Part shown: positions 28,600 through 37,456 of the stretch, one piece after another
Numbering within the stretch: position 1 is the stretch's first letter
Layout: each line of letters starts with the position of its first letter
Origin: an uncultured Bacteroidales bacterium
Lineage (GTDB): Bacteria > Bacteroidota > Bacteroidia > Bacteroidales > Paludibacteraceae
NCBI GenBank assembly: GCA_900317345.1
Contig: ONGK01000005.1
Location: 32,099 to 96,098 of the forward strand
DNA length: 64,000 bases
Direction: 5' to 3'
Program-made: the position numbers and the translations under genes
The notes under the pieces: model-generated
Database searches by the model: none
Told to the model about the DNA's origin: nothing
The model's input: the letters and a program-made list of their open reading frames with translations, nothing else

Positions 28600-29423
28600 T
28601 GAAAACGCTCGTTATTTCCGGAGGCAGCTCCGGCATAGGGAAAGCAACAGCCTCGCTCTTCGCAGAGCGGGGCTGGTGTGTCTTTGAGTTAAGCCGGCAT
28701 GGGGCAGAGGAGTCGAAAGTAGAAAGAAGAAAGACCGCTGCGCTCAAAGGCGCAGGCGAACTCACGCACGTGCCGTGCGATGTATGCTCGGAAGAGAGTT
28801 GCCGTCAGGCGATAGAGCAAGTACTGAAGCAGACCGACCATATTGATGTGGTCATCTCCAATGCCGGTTTCGGTATTTCCGGTTCTGTCGAGTTCACGGA
28901 TATCCGGGAGGCGGAGCATCAGATGGATGTCAATTTCATGGGCGCTGTTCGTTTCACCCAAGCCGTGTTGCCGCAACTGCGTCAGCAGCGTTACGGACGC
29001 ATCATCTATACGTCATCCGTAGCTGCCATCCTCGCTGTGCCGTATCAGGCGTTCTACTCTGCATCCAAAGCGGCTATCAACGCCATGGCATTGGCGCTGG
29101 CCAATGAGGTGAAAGAGTTCGGTATCTCCGTCTCGGTCATGATGCCGGGTGATGTGAGCACAGGCTTTACCGATGCGCGTCGTAAGAGCACGGCGGGCGA
29201 AGAGGTATATACCGGCGCAAAGAAGGCTATCACTACGATGGAGCGTGACGAACGAGGAGGTATGAACCCGATACAGATGGCTCAGCTATTCTATCATATC
29301 GCTACGTGTCGCAGTCCGCGGCCGCAGTATGTAGGCGGATTCAGCTATCGCGTCCTCTGTTTCCTCGATCGTCTGCTGCCCAAGCGCTTTGTGAACTGGA
29401 TTGAATATAAAGTGTATTCATAG
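28599..29423 (+). CDS. short-chain dehydrogenase/reductase (SDR)
   Basis: TLVISGGSSGIGKATA (TGxxxGIG), NAG, YSASKAA (YxxxK). The start overlaps the upstream stop (TAATG). It carries a motif-bearing insertion at 28714-28750. Confidence 0.85.
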   Translation: MKTLVISGGSSGIGKATASLFAERGWCVFELSRHGAEESKVERRKTAALKGAGELTHVPCDVCSEESCRQAIEQVLKQTDHIDVVISNAGFGISGSVEFTDIREAEHQMDVNFMGAVRFTQAVLPQLRQQRYGRIIYTSSVAAILAVPYQAFYSASKAAINAMALALANEVKEFGISVSVMMPGDVSTGFTDARRKSTAGEEVYTGAKKAITTMERDERGGMNPIQMAQLFYHIATCRSPRPQYVGGFSYRVLCFLDRLLPKRFVNWIEYKVYS

Positions 29424-29457
29424 ACCGCTGCGCTCAAAACAAAAGATAAAAGAAAAA

Positions 29458-30468
29458 ATGGCTCGTCATATTCGCATCATATCGCCATCCGGAGTGATTG
29501 ACCCGTCCTATATTGACGGCGCCTCCACGCGCCTACGTGCGTGGGGATATGAAGTGAGCGAGGGTGCGCACGCGCGCGATAAATGGGGACGCTTTGCCGG
29601 CACGGATAGCGATCGTCTGACGGACTTGATAGACGCGCTCAATGATCCGTCGGTGGACTTCATCCTATGTGCACGGGGCGGTTATGGCCTGCAGCGTATT
29701 ATTGACCGAGTGCCTCCTGTGACCAAACCCGTCATCGGATTCAGCGACATTACCGCATTGCACCAGGCTGCGGGGCTCTGCCAGCAGTATTCCATACATG
29801 GCATTATGTGCAAGCATATTGCTACGCTGCCTGAGGAAAGCGAACCGATACAGGCTCTTCGGAAACTTCTGGCGGGCGAGGATCTGGAATATACATGGCC
29901 CGCTCATCCGCTTAATACGCCTGGCAGAGCCTGCGCACACATTGTTGGCGGAAATCTATCCGTTCTCTACGGACTGCAAGGCACACCGTATAGCATCAGC
30001 AAACTGAGCTTCCAGTTCCCTATTCTGCTCATCGAGGATATAGGTGAACGCCACTATCATATCGACCGGATGATACGGAACCTGCGGATGAGTGGCGTGC
30101 TGGCACATCTAAGCGGGCTGATTGTTGGCCAATTCACCGACTGCGAGGACGACCCGCTGATGCAGCAGACCGTTTATGAGACAATAAAAGAGGCAGTCGC
30201 TGACTACGACTACCCCGTTCTTTTCAATGCCCCGTTTGGGCACGTGGAGCATAATCTGCCGTTATGGTTCCATATAATCCAAGTATTCAGCCAATGCATC
30301 CATGTGGTCTGTTCCGCCGGCGAGATAATCGCTGGTAGCGACCGTATAGTGCGCACGCGGATTCACCGGCTTGCCGCCGATGGTCACATCCGCCAATTGG
30401 TTGTCAATAATCTTCACGCGCATACCTGCCACGCCTTGTGCTCCGTACTGCGCGAACGACTCGCATAG
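29458..30468 (+). CDS. ldcA: LD-carboxypeptidase (peptidase S66) with aberrant C-terminus
   Basis: ORF 29401-30468 trimmed to ATG 29458 (MARHIRIISPSGVIDP...). Ser block GFSDITAL, Glu block LIEDIGE, His block FGHVEHNLPL. Family-like sequence stops at 30264; the remaining 68 codons run antisense through the convergent gene. Confidence 0.75.
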   Translation: MARHIRIISPSGVIDPSYIDGASTRLRAWGYEVSEGAHARDKWGRFAGTDSDRLTDLIDALNDPSVDFILCARGGYGLQRIIDRVPPVTKPVIGFSDITALHQAAGLCQQYSIHGIMCKHIATLPEESEPIQALRKLLAGEDLEYTWPAHPLNTPGRACAHIVGGNLSVLYGLQGTPYSISKLSFQFPILLIEDIGERHYHIDRMIRNLRMSGVLAHLSGLIVGQFTDCEDDPLMQQTVYETIKEAVADYDYPVLFNAPFGHVEHNLPLWFHIIQVFSQCIHVVCSAGEIIAGSDRIVRTRIHRLAADGHIRQLVVNNLHAHTCHALCSVLRERLA

Positions 30469-30927
30469 TTTGAGAACGGACTTTCCGGTTAGAGTCAAAA
30501 CAACCAGCCGATTGTCAAATGGCATCAGTTCATACACGTTTCTTTTGGTGATAGGGCCTGCTTTCCATGAGCAGCGCATACCGCCCATATTGGCGATAGC
30601 GATATCTACGCGGCCGTCATATACCTTCTTTGCCGCCTGCCACAACGCATCGGTCGCCCAGTTCAGCATCGGGCATTCGGGTGAACCGACCCACATATCT
30701 TCCGGTGTATAACCGATTTGCACGTCCATCTCTTTCTCTATGGCGGCGGTAACGGGGGCCAACTGAGCTAAGTAGGCGGCATCTTGAATACCATCCGCGG
30801 AGGCGTTTACAGGAATGGCTTCTGTTTTAACCGATGTGATTTTTACCTGTTTTTGACAAGCGGGTAAAAGGACTGCTAACGCTATAAGACCGGCTATGAG
30901 AAGCCTGTAGGATTTTATTTTTCGCAT
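30262..30927 (-). CDS. lipoprotein with 5'-nucleotidase C-terminal (substrate-binding) domain
   Basis: Lipobox LLPAC. ...IAIANMGGMRCSWKAGPITKRNVYELMPFDNRLVVLTLTG...TSDYLAGGTDHM fits 5_nucleotid_C. No metallophosphatase half is adjacent. Confidence 0.7.
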   Translation of the reverse strand: MRKIKSYRLLIAGLIALAVLLPACQKQVKITSVKTEAIPVNASADGIQDAAYLAQLAPVTAAIEKEMDVQIGYTPEDMWVGSPECPMLNWATDALWQAAKKVYDGRVDIAIANMGGMRCSWKAGPITKRNVYELMPFDNRLVVLTLTGKSVLKLCESFAQYGAQGVAGMRVKIIDNQLADVTIGGKPVNPRAHYTVATSDYLAGGTDHMDALAEYLDYMEP

Positions 30928-31829
30928 AGTGCTTTGGCTGTTTTCGCCGCAAGGCGGGCGTTGTTAAGAACGAGTTGGATATTGGCGGCTAAGCTGTCTC
31001 CGCCGGTTAAATCTTTCACTTTGGCCAGAAGGAACGGCGTGCATTGCTTGCCGTGAATACCCGCTGCGTCCATCTCCTGTATGGCCTGTGCTATCGCTGC
31101 ATCGATAATCTCTTTGGGCATCGAATACTGTTCGGGTATCGGATTGGTTACCAGCATACCGCCTTTCAGCCCACACTCTATCTTTGCTCGGAAGGCTGCG
31201 GCTAATGCTTCCGGTGTGTCAATGCGGTAGTCCACACCGAAACCGCTGTGACGTGTATAGAAAGCAGGCAGTTCGTCCGTCTGATAGCCGATGACAGGTA
31301 CGCCTTTGGTCTCCAGGTACTCCAGCGTCAGCCCTAAATCAAGGATGGATTTCGCACCGGCGCAGATGACCATCACGGGTGTTTGCGCTAACTCTTCGAG
31401 ATCGGCAGAGATGTCAAAAGTCTGCTGCGCGCCGCGGTGCACACCGCCTATGCCGCCTGTTGCAAACACTTTGATGCCTGCCATGGCGGCAATAATCATG
31501 GTTGTGGTTACGGTGGTGGCTCCATCTTCCTTACGCGCCAACAGCACAGGCAGGTCACGGCGCGAGGCTTTGATGACGGCCTGACCTTTCTTGCCGAGAT
31601 ATTCTATCTCTTCGGATGTGCAACCAGCCTTCAGTTTGCCGCCGATGATGGCAATAGTGGCGGGAACTGCTCCGTTCTCACGTACTGTTTGCTCCACGCG
31701 CAAAGCCGTCTCCACGTTCTGCGGATAGGGCATACCGTGACTGATGATAGTGGACTCCAACGCCACTACTGGTTTACCGGCTTTCAGCGCCTCTTGTACT
31801 TCTTGCGATAGTTCTAAATATGGATTCAT
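30915..31829 (-). CDS. psuG: pseudouridine-5'-phosphate glycosidase
   Basis: 304 aa. VALESTIISHGMPYPQN, ATGGIGGVHRG, VICAGAKSILD are YeiN/PsuG signatures. Confidence 0.9.
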   Translation of the reverse strand: MNPYLELSQEVQEALKAGKPVVALESTIISHGMPYPQNVETALRVEQTVRENGAVPATIAIIGGKLKAGCTSEEIEYLGKKGQAVIKASRRDLPVLLARKEDGATTVTTTMIIAAMAGIKVFATGGIGGVHRGAQQTFDISADLEELAQTPVMVICAGAKSILDLGLTLEYLETKGVPVIGYQTDELPAFYTRHSGFGVDYRIDTPEALAAAFRAKIECGLKGGMLVTNPIPEQYSMPKEIIDAAIAQAIQEMDAAGIHGKQCTPFLLAKVKDLTGGDSLAANIQLVLNNARLAAKTAKALCEK

Positions 31830-31842
31830 GATAGTCTTTTGC

Positions 31843-32739
31843 TTATAGCAATATATTCGCGATATCCGGATTGACGGCTCTCGGACTCATAAGGGTGGCG
31901 CGTGCTGCCATTAGACCATATTGAGCCGTTTGCGGGAAATCGATACCTTTGGTATGCGCATAGACAACACCGGCTAAGAAGGCATCACCGGCACCGGTGG
32001 TATTGACGATATCGCCGGGCAGGGCAGGGAAGAGCCATTCTTCGGCGGCATTGCGGCAATAGACGCCCTCTCCGCTCAAGGTGATATACACATGTTGTGC
32101 GCCGAGGTTAAGCAGATGTTGCGCTGCCTCTCCGTACGTCGCTGTTTGTGTCACAGCCAATGCTTCTTTGAGGTTCAGTTTAAGCGTGTGTAGGTACGGC
32201 AGTTTCATCTTACGCAACGCATTCACCACTCGGTGCGCCTTGGTGGAACTCACGCCGTCAATGAACAGAGGTACTGTCACGTTCTCCATGAGCCATCGGA
32301 TGGAGTCTTCTGTCAGGTTTGTGTCTGCCACAATATAATCCGACATGTTAATCTCACCGCTACGCTTGGCTAACCATTCGGGAGTGATAGCCCGAATAGC
32401 CTCGGTATCTGCTACGGCCGCAATCATCTCTCCGCCCTTATTGTTGATACATACATAGAGACCGGAGCGCAGCGCCGACTCGCGTTCAGACAGATGTACA
32501 TCAATGCCCTGTTGCTTGCAGTAGTCATGGAGCAACCCTCCGAACAGGTCTCCGCCGAAGACTGTCAGTAATTGTGTACGGGCACCTAACAGTGACAGGT
32601 TGTGCGCAATATTGCGTGCCACGCCACCATACCCTACATCAATATGACCTGGATTGGAATCTGCGGCTATGAATGTGTCTGCCAGCGTAGCCAGCAAGTC
32701 CACATTTGCACCTCCGATGACAGAAATAAGTGTTTCCAT
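31843..32739 (-). CDS. psuK: PfkB-family carbohydrate kinase, pseudouridine kinase-like
   Basis: ORF trimmed to ATG 32739 (METLISVIGGANVDL...), downstream of the -7 box at 32768-32775. GGVARNIA and the TGAGDAF anion-hole motif are present. Directly upstream of psuG. Confidence 0.75.
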   Translation of the reverse strand: METLISVIGGANVDLLATLADTFIAADSNPGHIDVGYGGVARNIAHNLSLLGARTQLLTVFGGDLFGGLLHDYCKQQGIDVHLSERESALRSGLYVCINNKGGEMIAAVADTEAIRAITPEWLAKRSGEINMSDYIVADTNLTEDSIRWLMENVTVPLFIDGVSSTKAHRVVNALRKMKLPYLHTLKLNLKEALAVTQTATYGEAAQHLLNLGAQHVYITLSGEGVYCRNAAEEWLFPALPGDIVNTTGAGDAFLAGVVYAHTKGIDFPQTAQYGLMAARATLMSPRAVNPDIANILL

Positions 32740-32767
32740 GGTTGTCTCTGTTAAACCTTTGCGACTG

Positions 32768-32775
32768 CAAAGGTA
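32768..32775 (-). promoter_or_regulatory. -7 box (TACCTTTG) for psuK-psuG-nucleotidase unit
   Basis: The minus strand reads tttgcatatatgcaatttttgttgTACCTTTGcagtc. Confidence 0.6.
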
Positions 32776-32862
32776 CAACAAAAATTGCATATATGCAAAT
32801 AATTTAACAAGTTTTTTGTTCCCTATGCGCGATGGCATGATTTTTGTAGAGAATTTTATGCT

Positions 32863-34410
32863 ATGAATAGAATACTTTGGGTGGACGATGAGATAGATTT
32901 GTTGCAGCCTTATATCATTTATCTAAAAGGTAAAGGATATAATGTGGAGACGGCGAGCAACGGTGAAGACGCATTGGACGCCTTGGATACGATTGTGCCG
33001 GATATCGTTTTCCTGGATGAGAATATGCCGGGTATGACGGGTTTGGAGACGCTGCAGGAAATAAAGCGTCTACACCCGGATGTGCCCGTAGTGATGATTA
33101 CCAAAAGCGAAGAAGAGCATATTATGGAACAGGCGATAGGGGAGAAGATTGCGGATTACCTCATCAAACCTGTCAACCCCAGTCAAATACTCCTTTGCCT
33201 CAAGAAGCATATACACCAGCAGGCGATTGTCACCGAGCAGGTGCAGCAGAACTATCGTCAGGAATGGAGCGATATCTCCTATATGATAGATACAGCCACA
33301 ACTATCGAAGAATGGCAAGCCATCGAGCGAACGCTCAGCCGCTGGGATATAGAATTGGAAAATTCGCCTATGCGCTCACTCATTGATGATCAGCGCACAC
33401 AGGCAAACGCTGCCTTCGCCAAATGGATTGCTAAAAACTATGAGACATGGTTTGCTAACGGGCAGAAGATAGCAGCCAATAGTCCGCTGATGTCGCAAGA
33501 TATTATGAAGCATGCGGTCTTCCCGTTGCTTGATAAGGGAGAAAAAGTGCTGCTGTGTGTCATTGATAATTTCCGTTATGACCAATGGAAAGCCATTCAG
33601 CCGCTGCTCAGCGATTTCTATACCATACAGACGGAGGAGCAATACACCTCTATTCTTCCTACGGCCACGCAATATGCCCGAAATGCTATTTTCTCCGGGC
33701 TGATGCCCCTGCAGATACAGCAGATGTTCCCGCAATACTGGGTGGAAGAAGGCGATGAGGAGAGCAAGAATCAATATGAGAAGGAACTCGTTCAAACACT
33801 GCTTGACCGGTATCGCAGGCGTGAGAGTTTTAACTACTGGAAAGTGAATGAGAGCGATTTCTGCGAGCGGGTTATTGCGCAGTTGAAAGGAGTTCATACA
33901 CCTCTTAACATCGTTGTTCTCAATTTTATTGATATGCTCTCACACTCCCGTACGGAGAGTAAGATGATGCGGGAGTTGGCCAATGATGAGTCTGCGTACC
34001 GTAGCTTGACACTTAGTTGGTTCAAGCACTCGCCGACCTACGAACTGATGCACCGTGCCGCAGAACTGGGCTTTACGCTTGTGCTCACCACTGACCATGG
34101 CACTACACGTGTGAAGAACCCCGTACAGATTGTTGCGGATAAGAATACGAATACCAATATCCGATACAAAGTGGGCAAGGCACTTAATTGCAGTTCTAAA
34201 AACGTGATGATGATAGAGCAGCCGAAGCGTGTCGGACTGCCCTCTCCCAATGTGAGCAGCAGTTATGCGTTTTGTACGGGCAATGATTTCTTCGCCTATC
34301 CGAACCAGTTTAATTACTATGCGCAGTACTACCGCAATACCTTCCAGCACGGTGGCATATCGCTGGAGGAAATGATAGTTCCGTTGATTACCCTGATACC
34401 GAAGAAATGA
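32863..34410 (+). CDS. porX: response regulator with PglZ (alkaline-phosphatase superfamily) domain, PorX-like T9SS regulator
   Basis: 515 aa. Receiver ILWVDDEIDLL...DIVFLDENMPGMTG...IKP. C-terminal PglZ blocks FIDMLSH and VLTTDHGT. Length and architecture match PorX. Confidence 0.8.
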   Translation: MNRILWVDDEIDLLQPYIIYLKGKGYNVETASNGEDALDALDTIVPDIVFLDENMPGMTGLETLQEIKRLHPDVPVVMITKSEEEHIMEQAIGEKIADYLIKPVNPSQILLCLKKHIHQQAIVTEQVQQNYRQEWSDISYMIDTATTIEEWQAIERTLSRWDIELENSPMRSLIDDQRTQANAAFAKWIAKNYETWFANGQKIAANSPLMSQDIMKHAVFPLLDKGEKVLLCVIDNFRYDQWKAIQPLLSDFYTIQTEEQYTSILPTATQYARNAIFSGLMPLQIQQMFPQYWVEEGDEESKNQYEKELVQTLLDRYRRRESFNYWKVNESDFCERVIAQLKGVHTPLNIVVLNFIDMLSHSRTESKMMRELANDESAYRSLTLSWFKHSPTYELMHRAAELGFTLVLTTDHGTTRVKNPVQIVADKNTNTNIRYKVGKALNCSSKNVMMIEQPKRVGLPSPNVSSSYAFCTGNDFFAYPNQFNYYAQYYRNTFQHGGISLEEMIVPLITLIPKK

Positions 34411-35210
34411 AATCGTTCATTCTGTTGGCCATAAGTGTTCTTACGTGGAATACGCATCGGATGGGAGACTTCAAAAAACCCGAGCAAAATGAAGTCCTGC
34501 AATACTTACTCTCGCAAGACGCGGATGTGATATGCCTTCAGGAAGTGGAGGTGTTTAAGGATGCACGCTGGCTAACATTACCTGAAGTACGTGAGGCATT
34601 GGGGAGCAAATACCGCTATTCCTATCTTGACTTTTCTCAATACGACAGTCGTCATCAGTTCGGCTTGATGGTATGGTCCAAATATCCGTTGATTAATAAG
34701 CAGACACTTCATTATGAATGGAAAGGCAACTTGTCTAATCGATGCGATATAGTGGTGGAAAAGGATACGATTCGCCTGATTAATAATCACTTGGAGTCAT
34801 ATAGTTTTACGGCGAAAGACCTCGAGGAATTCGACACAAAGCATAACTATGAAGGATTGAAAGCCACGTATTACCGTCTTAAAGAGAAATGGGAGCGGGC
34901 TATCCCATTGCGCAACGAGCAGGCACGAGTGGTGCGAAAAGAAATAGAAGCCAGTCCGTATCCGGTCATTGTAGTGGGTGACTTCAATTCCATAGCGCTC
35001 AGTTATGTCTATTGGCATATCAGTTCCGGGCTACGCGATGCATGGCGCTCTCTGCATCCATGGCAATATGGAGCGACCTGCGTGCACAGAGGAATAGGTG
35101 TCCGTATAGATTATATCTTCTGCTCTGAATCGCTGAAACCGACCGATTGCGCAATCATCCAAACTGCTGGTTCAGACCACAAGCCTGTGGTTGCCACGTT
35201 AGAATGGTAA
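34407..35210 (+). CDS. endonuclease/exonuclease/phosphatase (EEP) family protein
   Basis: LTWNTHRMG, DADVICLQEV, VVGDFNS, GSDHKPVVATLEW. The start overlaps the porX stop (ATGA). Confidence 0.8.
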   Translation: MKSFILLAISVLTWNTHRMGDFKKPEQNEVLQYLLSQDADVICLQEVEVFKDARWLTLPEVREALGSKYRYSYLDFSQYDSRHQFGLMVWSKYPLINKQTLHYEWKGNLSNRCDIVVEKDTIRLINNHLESYSFTAKDLEEFDTKHNYEGLKATYYRLKEKWERAIPLRNEQARVVRKEIEASPYPVIVVGDFNSIALSYVYWHISSGLRDAWRSLHPWQYGATCVHRGIGVRIDYIFCSESLKPTDCAIIQTAGSDHKPVVATLEW

Positions 35211-35228
35211 TAATCACTATGATATGAA

Positions 35229-35254
35229 GAAAGCGACCTGTTCGGGTCGCTTTC
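35229..35254. terminator. bidirectional hairpin between convergent EEP gene and gcvH
   Basis: 10-bp perfect stem GAAAGCGACC/GGTCGCTTTC with loop tgttcg. Confidence 0.7.
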
Positions 35255-35280
35255 CTTATTAATTACGCGTATGCGCGCGT

Positions 35281-35655
35281 TTAGAGACTTGCCTGATATG
35301 CCGCAGCGTCCATCAGTTTGTCCAACTCGGCGGAGTCCTTTACGCTGATGCGTATAATCCATCCTTTGCCGTACGGGTCGTTGTTAACCAACTCTGGAGC
35401 AGCATCCAGTTCTGCATTCAGTTCAAGCACCTCGCCGGTAACAGGCATATTGAGGTCACTTACGGTCTTGACGGCCTCAATGGAACCGAAGACCTCGCCT
35501 TGACCGATGGTCTCGCCTACCGACGGAACATCGATGAAGACTATCTCACCCAACTCGGATTGTGCGTAGTCCGTAATGCCGACATATGCCTCATTGCCCT
35601 CTACACGAATCCATTCATGCTCGCTTGTATAGCGAATGTTATCAGGAAAATTCAT
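35281..35655 (-). CDS. gcvH: glycine cleavage system protein H
   Basis: 124 aa. [12 protein letters not shown]...GITDYAQ and the lipoyl-lysine block [12 protein letters not shown]. Confidence 0.92.
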   Translation of the reverse strand: MNFPDNIRYTSEHEWIRVEGNEAYVGITDYAQSELGEIVFIDVPSVGETIGQGEVFGSIEAVKTVSDLNMPVTGEVLELNAELDAAPELVNNDPYGKGWIIRISVKDSAELDKLMDAAAYQASL

Positions 35656-35683
35656 TTCTATATATCAATTAATGATTCACAAA

Positions 35684-37288
35684 TTATTTTACCGCAGTAC
35701 CGGAGATCTGATTGCCCACGGTGGACATAGCGCAACGGAAACCAATCTTAGCTGAAGCTTGGTCTTGGTCAAGGAAACGACGGGTAGACGGATTGAGCCA
35801 GTAGATACGGTCAGCCCATGAACCGCCTTTGTACACGCGGGTCTTCTTTGTAATACGCGGAGCAAGAACATCCGTCGGGTCGGTCTTAACCTCAGACAGA
35901 TTCTCGATACCGGTGGTATCCAACGGATAATCTGTCTCGAACAGACTTGCGAAATCGCCGTCCAGAACATCTCGTTTGTCATCCTCTTTGCCCCAACTGA
36001 TTTGGATGCAACCAACGGAATCCAATACATACTGGCCGTCTTCGCCCAATACAGGATGGCTGTAGATATTACCACGATAAGAGTTGTACTCGCTCGTCTC
36101 TTGAGCGGTGGTCTCGCGATATACATCCATTACCCATTCGTTCACGTTGCCGGCCATGTTGTATAGACCGAAATCGTTCGGAGCAAACTCATCCACAGGG
36201 TTGGTGATGACGTGACGGTCGTTGAGCGCACCGCTCACACCCATCATGTCGCCGCGGCCGCGAACAAAGTTGGCCTGCATCTGACCAAGGTTCTTCTTCG
36301 ACATGTCACGAGGATGAAAACCACTCCAAGGATATACCTTGCCCTCGATGGTCAAACCGTCTTCTCCGGCTACAGGAGCATAGGCTGCGAACTCCCACTC
36401 GGCCTCTGTCGGCAGGCGGTAGCCTGTCACTAAGATACCGTCAGCGCGGTTCACCTTGCGCTCTTCTCCATAGCTGTCGAATTTCGGACGACGGCCATAC
36501 TCAGGTACATATCTGTCATCCATTAAGTATTTCTCTGTGTTGAATACAAAGCGGTCACGAATCCACTCATAGCTCGGACGATACATCGTTACCGTCTGCT
36601 CGGGGTCCTCAGGACTTACCTCTTCGTACGAGAACATCTCGTAACCCGTCTCTTGCTCCCATTCATCTTTGTACGCCTCATCGTCCGTTGGCTGCAGGTC
36701 AGCAAACGGCGGCACTGCGATGGCACCGGCCTTAATCAGAGCCAACTCATTCACACGGTCAGTACGCCACTGGCAATATGCCATTGCCTGCTCCCAGGTC
36801 ACACCTACAATCGGATAGAAGGAGAATGCGGGGTGATCGAAATAGTTGTCCTCATATGGGTCATTGTATGCCAATGCCTCACGCCATACGGTATGGTCAG
36901 GACGAGCCTTGGCTACCAACTCCGGAGCTACGGGACCGAAGACTACCTCAAGCCAATGGAGATATTCGTTCCAGTTCAGGTTAGTCACCTCATACTTATC
37001 CATATAGAACGAACTAACGGTAATGGTTCGAACATCGTTATTACGCGGAGCGGTGAGGAACTCATCTTTCTCACCTACCGTAAACGAACCGCCCTGAATA
37101 GGAATCATACCTGTCGGACTAACATTACCCACGCCTTCGTTAGCTTGGAAATTCGTAGTACGTTGATCGAAATAATTCCAACCGGTGGTGTTGCTCACTT
37201 TGGTATTCAATTCGCGTTGTTGGCACGACATCGCAAATGCAGCCACCGATACAATTAACAAATACTTTACTGTTTTTTTCATATTCAT
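35684..37288 (-). CDS. SUMF1/FGE-domain lipoprotein, GldJ-like (gliding/T9SS-associated)
   Basis: Lipobox AFAMSC. N-terminal TGWNYFDQRT...GMIPIQGGSFTVG and C-terminal RVYKGGSWAD...FRCA match the formylglycine-generating-enzyme fold of the GldJ/GldK families. There is no porLMN neighbourhood, so GldJ-like is favoured. Confidence 0.55.
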   Translation of the reverse strand: MNMKKTVKYLLIVSVAAFAMSCQQRELNTKVSNTTGWNYFDQRTTNFQANEGVGNVSPTGMIPIQGGSFTVGEKDEFLTAPRNNDVRTITVSSFYMDKYEVTNLNWNEYLHWLEVVFGPVAPELVAKARPDHTVWREALAYNDPYEDNYFDHPAFSFYPIVGVTWEQAMAYCQWRTDRVNELALIKAGAIAVPPFADLQPTDDEAYKDEWEQETGYEMFSYEEVSPEDPEQTVTMYRPSYEWIRDRFVFNTEKYLMDDRYVPEYGRRPKFDSYGEERKVNRADGILVTGYRLPTEAEWEFAAYAPVAGEDGLTIEGKVYPWSGFHPRDMSKKNLGQMQANFVRGRGDMMGVSGALNDRHVITNPVDEFAPNDFGLYNMAGNVNEWVMDVYRETTAQETSEYNSYRGNIYSHPVLGEDGQYVLDSVGCIQISWGKEDDKRDVLDGDFASLFETDYPLDTTGIENLSEVKTDPTDVLAPRITKKTRVYKGGSWADRIYWLNPSTRRFLDQDQASAKIGFRCAMSTVGNQISGTAVK

Positions 37289-37326
37289 TTTTGTGAATTA
37301 ATTATATGCACACACGTTTCAGCCTG

Positions 37327-37334
37327 CAAAGATA
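37327..37334 (-). promoter_or_regulatory. -7 box (TATCTTTG) for the GldJ-like/gcvH unit
   Basis: The minus strand reads tttgtaaaaaaagttgTATCTTTGcaggc. Confidence 0.55.
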
Positions 37335-37429
37335 CAACTTTTTTTACAAATATACCAAACTTTAGCATAAAAAATGAAAAAAAAGTGCATTTTTCCTGTA
37401 AAAACGTCATTTTTTTGCAAAAAATGTAG

Positions 37430-37437
37430 TAATTTTG
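37430..37437 (+). promoter_or_regulatory. -7 box (TAATTTTG) for folP-cdaA
   Basis: ttttttgcaaaaaatgtagTAATTTTGcagcg. Confidence 0.55.
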
Positions 37438-37456
37438 CAGCGTGAAAGTGAAAATA

